A stretch of DNA of 36,295 bases from Patescibacteria group bacterium (GTDB lineage Bacteria > Patescibacteriota > Minisyncoccia > UBA6257 > Colwellbacteraceae). Made by a program: the position numbers and the translations under genes. The notes under the pieces were generated by a model. It ran no database searches and was not told the origin of the DNA. It saw nothing but the letters and a program-made list of their open reading frames with translations. Shown here piece after piece: positions 7,999-12,801 of this stretch. The stretch spans positions 1 to 36,295 of the forward strand of contig JAHJZF010000050.1 of the NCBI GenBank assembly GCA_018826645.1. Reading direction: 5' to 3'. The stretch's first letter is position 1; the number at the start of each line of letters is the position of its first letter.

Positions 7999-9438
7999 AT
8001 GAGACCCAGACCCCGCCTTTTAGTAGACATAAAGAGGGGGTGGAGGGTTGATGTTTTTACCCCGCGGTCGGGGCGCGTCAACTTAAGCCCTATATCTAAA
8101 ACCAGAGAGAGAAGACCTCTGTTAAAACCAGTTTTGGGAGTGTTGGCCACTATTGGCTTTGTTCTTATGGCTAATGGTTCAGCCTTTGCTCCGATAGGGG
8201 GAGGAGTGAGAGCTTTGACCATAGAGCAGGAGCGTGAACAACTTGAAGGCCAGCTTCAAAAATTAGAACAAGAGGCAAAACAATACGAGCAGACTATTAC
8301 TGAGTATCGAAAAAAAGGGAATACCCTACAGTCTGAGATAGATCGTCTTAATGCTCGGATTGCTAATATTAATGGCCAAATTGGCACGATTACATCCTCT
8401 CTTAATAAATTAACTGGCCAAATTAAAACGACCAGTTCAAGAATAGAAGAGGTCCAAGGGAAAATAGGACGCAGCAAAGATAGTCTTTCAGAAGTCGTTC
8501 AGAGGATGAGTCGAGATGAAGAGAAGGGTGTTTTGGAGATTCTCCTTACCAATCAAAACCTCTCAGATTTCTTTACAAGCGTGAATGACCTTCTGGTGAT
8601 TCAAGACAGTCTAAAGGAATCTATTATGAACTTAGATCAATTTAGAGAAGAACTTATTACGCAAAAAGAGATTCTTGCGCTTGAGAGATCTGACATAGAA
8701 GCATTGCGTCTTTATCAGGTAAGGCAGAAGCAAGAGGTGGACTCTGTAAAATCTGATAAAAACAACTTGCTGGCTGTTACCAAAGGAGAAGAAGCCGTGT
8801 ACCAACAATTATTAAACATAACAGAGCAAACAGCCGCAGAAATTAGGGCTAGAATCTTCCGTCTTTTGGGTGGTGGACAAATGACGTTCGAAGAAGCTTA
8901 TAAATTTGCGAGCTACGTCGAAAAAAGAACGGGCGTGAGAGCGGCTTTGATATTGGCCGTATTAGATAGAGAATCTGCTTTAGGTAGAAATGTGGGGCAG
9001 TGTAATTATAAAACGGCCATGGCGCCTGGTCCGCCTGAGTCTAGCCGAGACGACATTACGCCTTTCTTACAAATTACTAAGGCTCTTAATTTGGACCCAG
9101 ACAAGACATTAGTCTCGTGTCCGATAGTGGCCGATGGTTATTATGGCGGAGCGATGGGTCCGTCTCAGTTTATCCCTAGCACTTGGGTAGGATATCAAGC
9201 ACGTATCGAAGCGGTAACTGGCAACAGGCCAGCCAGCCCGTGGAATAATTTAGATGCCTTCGTTGCTACGGGCCTTTATTTGAAAGATTCTGGAGCAGCT
9301 TCAAACGAGCTTGCCGCCGCCGCTCGTTACTACTGTGGAGGAAATTGGCAGAGGTATGTCTGTACGAACGTCTATGGAAAAGCCGTGATAGAAAGAGCCA
9401 CTGATTTTGAGAGAGACATCAAGATTCTCGGGGGCTAA
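7999..9438 (+). CDS. membrane-anchored coiled-coil protein with C-terminal lytic-transglycosylase-like domain
   Basis: Arg-rich N-terminus, TM/signal segment VLGVLATIGFVLMANGSAFA, then about 200 aa of heptad-like coiled coil. The C-terminal block LAVLDRESALG...GGAMGPSQFIPSTW resembles SLT/MltB-type transglycosylases. Confidence 0.6.
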   Translation: MRPRPRLLVDIKRGWRVDVFTPRSGRVNLSPISKTRERRPLLKPVLGVLATIGFVLMANGSAFAPIGGGVRALTIEQEREQLEGQLQKLEQEAKQYEQTITEYRKKGNTLQSEIDRLNARIANINGQIGTITSSLNKLTGQIKTTSSRIEEVQGKIGRSKDSLSEVVQRMSRDEEKGVLEILLTNQNLSDFFTSVNDLLVIQDSLKESIMNLDQFREELITQKEILALERSDIEALRLYQVRQKQEVDSVKSDKNNLLAVTKGEEAVYQQLLNITEQTAAEIRARIFRLLGGGQMTFEEAYKFASYVEKRTGVRAALILAVLDRESALGRNVGQCNYKTAMAPGPPESSRDDITPFLQITKALNLDPDKTLVSCPIVADGYYGGAMGPSQFIPSTWVGYQARIEAVTGNRPASPWNNLDAFVATGLYLKDSGAASNELAAAARYYCGGNWQRYVCTNVYGKAVIERATDFERDIKILGG

Positions 9439-10178
9439 GAAGACTTTTTCTCTTGTTCAGCCTTTTTGAAAGCTTTAACGATGGGCGACATGTCGCCTCC
9501 TAAAATTTTTTCTAAATTGTGCCACTTTTTGCCGATGCGATGGTCTGTGATTCTATCTTGAGGGAAATTGTAGGTTCTAATCTTCTCTGATCTGTCGCCG
9601 GAGCCGATTTGGCTACGCCTAAGTTCTCCCATCTCTGCGCCCTGCTCCTCGATTTGATTCTCGTAGAGTTTAGAGCGGAGAATTTCAAGAGCTACCTCGC
9701 GGTTACTTTGCTGACTTCTGCCTGCCTGAGAGCTGACTACTATGCCGGTTGGTTTATGAACCATTCGGACGGCTGTCTCAACCTTATTGACGTTTTGTCC
9801 TCCAGGACCGCTTGAGCGGAAAAATGAGATTTCAACATCGCCCAAGTTAAGCTCAACTTCTTGGGGCTCTACGACGGGCATAATAGCCACAGAGGCGGTA
9901 GAGGTGTGGACTCTGCCGGACTTTTCGGTTTTTGGGATGCGTTGGACGCGGTGGACGCCTGATTCGTGTTTTAGCATGTTGTAGACGCCTTCGCCTTTAA
10001 TTTGGGCGATAAAGTTTTTATAGCCGTCGAGAGTGGTCTGACTACTGTCTAAGACGGAGAATTTCCAGCCTTGGGTTTCGGAGAAACGTTGGTACATACG
10101 CACCAAATCGCCTGCAAAAATAGCGGCTTCATCACCACCTGCCCCAGCTCTTATTTCTAGTATTACTTTATCGCTCAT
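9435..10178 (-). CDS. prfA: peptide chain release factor 1 lacking the N-terminal domain 1
   Basis: Starts at the block LEIRAGAGGDEAAIFAGDLVRMYQRF (about residue 110 of E. coli RF1). PKT tripeptide at the PxT codon-recognition position (QRIPKTEKSGRVHTS). GGQ motif SGPGGQNVNKVETAVR. Only 247 aa. Confidence 0.85.
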   Translation of the reverse strand: MSDKVILEIRAGAGGDEAAIFAGDLVRMYQRFSETQGWKFSVLDSSQTTLDGYKNFIAQIKGEGVYNMLKHESGVHRVQRIPKTEKSGRVHTSTASVAIMPVVEPQEVELNLGDVEISFFRSSGPGGQNVNKVETAVRMVHKPTGIVVSSQAGRSQQSNREVALEILRSKLYENQIEEQGAEMGELRRSQIGSGDRSEKIRTYNFPQDRITDHRIGKKWHNLEKILGGDMSPIVKAFKKAEQEKKSS

Positions 10179-10225
10179 AGGTCCACCTGCCCCGTAGTGC
10201 TTACAGAGTAAGCATTTTTCGGGGT

Positions 10226-10579
10226 TTACTTAGATACCTTTTTAAGGGCCTTCTTTCCGCCGGAGGCGGATCCGCCTTTGGCGGAAGGTTTTCTGACGGG
10301 TTTGGCTTCTTCAACTTCAGCTGTTTTAGGCTTCTTTTTAGGGGAAGGCTTGCTCTTGGCAGAAGCTTTTGTGAGCTCTGCTTTAGCTCTGCGCGCCTTG
10401 AATTTCTCAACCCTACCAGCGGTATCGATAAGCTTCTCTTGACCTGTAAAGAAAGGGTGACAGGCGCTACATATCTCTACTTTCATTTCTTCATGAGTTG
10501 AGCCAATTTCATGTACTTTTCCGCATGAACAAACGATTTTCGCAGTTGTATAGTATTGTGGGTGTATATTCTTTTTCAT
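10226..10579 (-). CDS. rpmE: 50S ribosomal protein L31 with about 50-aa Lys/Ala/Pro-rich C-terminal extension
   Basis: [10 protein letters not shown]...CSCG...[10 protein letters not shown] is the canonical zinc-type L31. 117 aa versus the usual length of about 70. Confidence 0.9.
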   Translation of the reverse strand: MKKNIHPQYYTTAKIVCSCGKVHEIGSTHEEMKVEICSACHPFFTGQEKLIDTAGRVEKFKARRAKAELTKASAKSKPSPKKKPKTAEVEEAKPVRKPSAKGGSASGGKKALKKVSK

Positions 10580-10836
10580 CCCGTTAGAGACAGGGAGCGC
10601 TTTAACCTATTTCTAAGATAGCGTTTTCCCATGCCTGATTTTAGATATTTTTCTCTTGACCTTGAATCTTGTTCGTTTGTACAAGCCTCGTAATAGATTA
10701 GCTCAAAGGGTCCTCGATCCTTTGTGGAAGCCACCTTTCCAGACACATGTTCTTTAAAGCGCTTCCGTAAATCTACCGTAGAGCCAGTATACCAGTTCCC
10801 GTCCTTTTTGCTAAGAAGTACATATGTGTAATACAT
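10576..10836 (-). CDS. small GIY-YIG nuclease family protein (UPF0213-like)
   Basis: YYTYVLLS...[16 protein letters not shown]...E...KYLK matches the GIY-(10-11)-YxG, R, E core of GIY-YIG domains. 86 aa. The TGA stop overlaps the rpmE ATG (ATGA). Confidence 0.85.
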   Translation of the reverse strand: MYYTYVLLSKKDGNWYTGSTVDLRKRFKEHVSGKVASTKDRGPFELIYYEACTNEQDSRSREKYLKSGMGKRYLRNRLKRSLSLTG

Positions 10837-10854
10837 AGTGGTCTCTAACGGGAT
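10578..10854 (-). repeat. inverted-repeat-bounded element carrying the GIY-YIG ORF (arms 10578-10591 and 10841-10854)
   Basis: ATCCCGTTAGAGAC at 10578-10591 and its exact reverse complement GTCTCTAACGGGAT at 10841-10854. Confidence 0.7.
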
Positions 10855-10868
10855 AAATCAACGGCTGA

Positions 10869-10897
10869 ATTATCATGGATTACCCGCATATAGTCAA
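10869..10897 (-). promoter_or_regulatory. sigma70-like promoter for the GIY-YIG-rpmE-prfA operon
   Basis: Read on the minus strand: TTGACT (10897-10892), 17-nt spacer, GATAAT (10874-10869). This sits about 33 nt upstream of the GIY-YIG ATG. Confidence 0.45.
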
Positions 10898-10998
10898 CCC
10901 ATACACTTAATGATGACGAGCGTTTTTAGGCGCCTAGAACCTAGTTGTCATTTTTGTGACGATAGGTCGTCATAAAGTGTGTAGGTCAAGGAAAAGCG

Positions 10999-11026
10999 TT
11001 GACATGACGTTAGGGGGGATTAGAAT
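10999..11026 (+). promoter_or_regulatory. sigma70-like promoter P1 (rightward)
   Basis: TTGACA (10999-11004), 16-nt spacer, TAGAAT (11021-11026). Confidence 0.45.
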
Positions 11027-11045
11027 AAGGTGGGTTATATATAGC

Positions 11046-11074
11046 TTGACTTTATCGTCAAGTTATGGTATAAA
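11046..11074 (+). promoter_or_regulatory. sigma70-like promoter P2 (rightward) with extended -10
   Basis: TTGACT (11046-11051), 17-nt spacer ending in TGG, TATAAA (11069-11074). A CTTGAC/GTCAAG inverted repeat overlaps the spacer. Confidence 0.5.
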
Positions 11075-11177
11075 ACTGTCATATGGTAAATCAACGCAAA
11101 TAGTGAGTAAAATCGCGTTTTTTTGCTTTGTACCTTTTCAACCTATTCATATAGGAAAATAGCAGGAAATATCTACA

Positions 11178-11231
11178 GCTAGCATGTGCTAAGTGTCCGT
11201 CAGAAGTGGTGGGTACTTAGCACATGCTAGC
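11178..11231. repeat. perfect 17-bp inverted repeat (hairpin) at the left edge of the high-GC insert
   Basis: GCTAGCATGTGCTAAGT (11178-11194), 20-nt loop, ACTTAGCACATGCTAGC (11215-11231). Confidence 0.85.
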
Positions 11232-11262
11232 AACCCCATCCTCATCGGAGAGGAGGTGACCC

Positions 11263-12609
11263 ATGCAGCGGTGCACCGGTAAGAAGAAGAACGGGAGCGA
11301 TTGTATGTCGCCGTTCATCGTGCCGGGCTCCAGCCCGTTGCGATGTGGGTGGCACCTCGAAGGTGCACCTCCCCCGAAGAGAAAGAAGGGAAAGATGGCC
11401 AAGGACAAGTCGGCGCGTCGCCGTATCGGCGCAGTAGAGACAGCGGTTACGAGCATTCAAGCTTCTGTGGCGAGCATTCCGCATGCCATGGCTACCGCGG
11501 TCCAGACTGCGTTCGATCGCGAGCGCACTGAGCGTGAGGCTGACGTTCGTCGTCTCAACGATCGGGTCAATGATGAGGGGCGTCGACGTCGTAACCTCGG
11601 AGGGTTCGTCGGTGGTGGACTTGGTTTGCTGGCGATCGTGGTCGCAATCGTTCTCTCCCTTATGGGAGGAAGGGTTGGGCGCAACGCCGACAACATCGGT
11701 GACAACGCCACGGCAATCACTGCCGTCAATGACCGAATCGACGGTGTCGTGACTTCCATCGCTGACTTGCGAGCTGATTTCGAGCGGTTCACGCTCGACT
11801 TCGGTCCGCGCGTTGGCGCTCTGGAGACAGATATCGCGGGCACCGACCAGGAGATCGCCGATCTCCGCGAATGGTTGAGCGATGAGCTCGGCTATATCCG
11901 CGGAGACATCCAGCGTTTCTACGATACGCTGGATGCGCGACTCCTAGTGGTCGAAGGTCGTGCCGAACCTATGACGACGGACGAGTTCCGTCTGATGGTT
12001 CTTGGCGTTCTCGCAGAGTGTGGCATTCCATGTCGCGTCTGCGAGATTCCTCCGTCGACGGTGCCTTACGCACCGCCGACAACCCGAGGAGGTGGTGGCT
12101 CGACGACGTCTACAACACAGGCGTCAACGACTACCACGGTGGCGCCGTCTACGACGACGACCACCGTGGCACCGACGAGCACGACGACTACGACCAGCAC
12201 TACGGTCCCGTCCACGACTAGCACGACGAGCACTACGACCACCGAACCGACCACGACTACGACCCTGAATGTCGGTCCTGAGATCATCTCGATTTCGGCG
12301 ACACTCGGGGAGACGAATTGTGAAGGTTTCGCAGAGGTCGTCTTCGGAGCGAGCGTCTCCGATCCAGACGGCGTGAGGTCGGTTGTGTTCTCTCTGGCAA
12401 ACGGCTCGTACTACTTGGGTTGGCACACTGTCACCGTGACGGCGACGGACAACCTTGGGGCATCGACGAGTCGCCCCTATAGGTTCAACGTCCCGGAGGT
12501 AGAGAATCCGGCGGCGTGCGGTAGTCAGCCCACCATTCCGACGGAGACGACGACCAGCACCACCGAGGGCGGTGGCAATCAGCCGACGATTCCGACGACG
12601 ATTCCGTAG
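11263..12609 (+). CDS. high-GC foreign-looking membrane/surface protein: Cys/His N-terminus, TM helix, coiled coil, Thr/Ser-rich linker, Ig-like C-terminal domain
   Basis: AGGAGG sits 6 nt upstream of the ATG. N-terminal C-x9-C-x13-C-x2-H (MQRCTGKKKNGSDCMSPFIVPGSSPLRCGWH). TM segment GGLGLLAIVVAIVLSLMGG. Low-complexity run TTSTTQASTTTTVAPSTTTTTVAPTSTTTTTSTT. The other long ORFs in this span are Arg-rich shadows typical of high-GC DNA. M45 (11395) is an alternative start. Confidence 0.7.
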   Translation: MQRCTGKKKNGSDCMSPFIVPGSSPLRCGWHLEGAPPPKRKKGKMAKDKSARRRIGAVETAVTSIQASVASIPHAMATAVQTAFDRERTEREADVRRLNDRVNDEGRRRRNLGGFVGGGLGLLAIVVAIVLSLMGGRVGRNADNIGDNATAITAVNDRIDGVVTSIADLRADFERFTLDFGPRVGALETDIAGTDQEIADLREWLSDELGYIRGDIQRFYDTLDARLLVVEGRAEPMTTDEFRLMVLGVLAECGIPCRVCEIPPSTVPYAPPTTRGGGGSTTSTTQASTTTTVAPSTTTTTVAPTSTTTTTSTTVPSTTSTTSTTTTEPTTTTTLNVGPEIISISATLGETNCEGFAEVVFGASVSDPDGVRSVVFSLANGSYYLGWHTVTVTATDNLGASTSRPYRFNVPEVENPAACGSQPTIPTETTTSTTEGGGNQPTIPTTIP

Positions 12610-12671
12610 TAATGGTCTCACGTAGGTAGCTCCTGCTATATCTCTCGACCTGTTCTAAGGTTCGGGAAAAA

Positions 12672-12710
12672 CCCATCTCTCTCTTACACTTCGTGTGCGA
12701 GAGAGATGGG
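12672..12710. repeat. 12-bp perfect inverted repeat with nested 4-bp stem at the right edge of the high-GC insert (terminator-like, no U-tract)
   Basis: CCCATCTCTCTC (12672-12683) and GAGAGAGATGGG (12699-12710). The loop contains ACAC-TTC-GTGT. Confidence 0.75.
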
Positions 12711-12801
12711 GCCTACGATTAAACTCTTGAAAATAAAGCGTCAAGGGTTTAAATGTGGGTATTCGAACTCACAAAAGGTTAAAAATAAATACAAAAAACA
12801 A

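Noticed and set aside
10914-11061. Apparent array of TGACG/CGTCA motifs as a repeated operator.
   Set aside because: Several occurrences are simply -35 hexamers (TTGAC-N) of the three predicted promoters. Only the TGACGA-N4-TCGTCA palindrome stands out, and it is reported separately at low interest.
10956-11162. 68-aa ORF in the AT-rich intergenic region.
   Set aside because: It spans three predicted promoter elements, has no recognisable domain, and starts with a non-ATG codon. The 6-codon leaderless mini-ORF at 11083 was also judged too short to call.
11217-12621. Multiple overlapping ORFs on the minus strand and in the alternative plus frames of the high-GC block (11217-11456, 11242-11484, 11457-11843, 12124-12621; also 11301-11531, 11483-11752, 12002-12268, 12018-12221, 12066-12287).
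   Set aside because: The Arg/Pro/Ser-rich translations are typical of stop-poor off-frames in GC-rich DNA. Only the 11263-12609 frame has an SD, a TM helix and domain-like organisation.
12672-12710. Possibility that the flanking hairpins are integron attC sites, making the high-GC gene an integron cassette.
   Set aside because: No GTTRRRY / RYYYAAC core sites at the hairpin ends, no intI gene and no cassette array in the window.
12706-12801. ORF-track start at 12706 for the surface protein (MGPTIKLL...).
   Set aside because: That ATG lies inside the right arm of the 12672-12710 hairpin, and the first 32 residues are not signal-like. The ATG at 12802 gives a canonical signal peptide.
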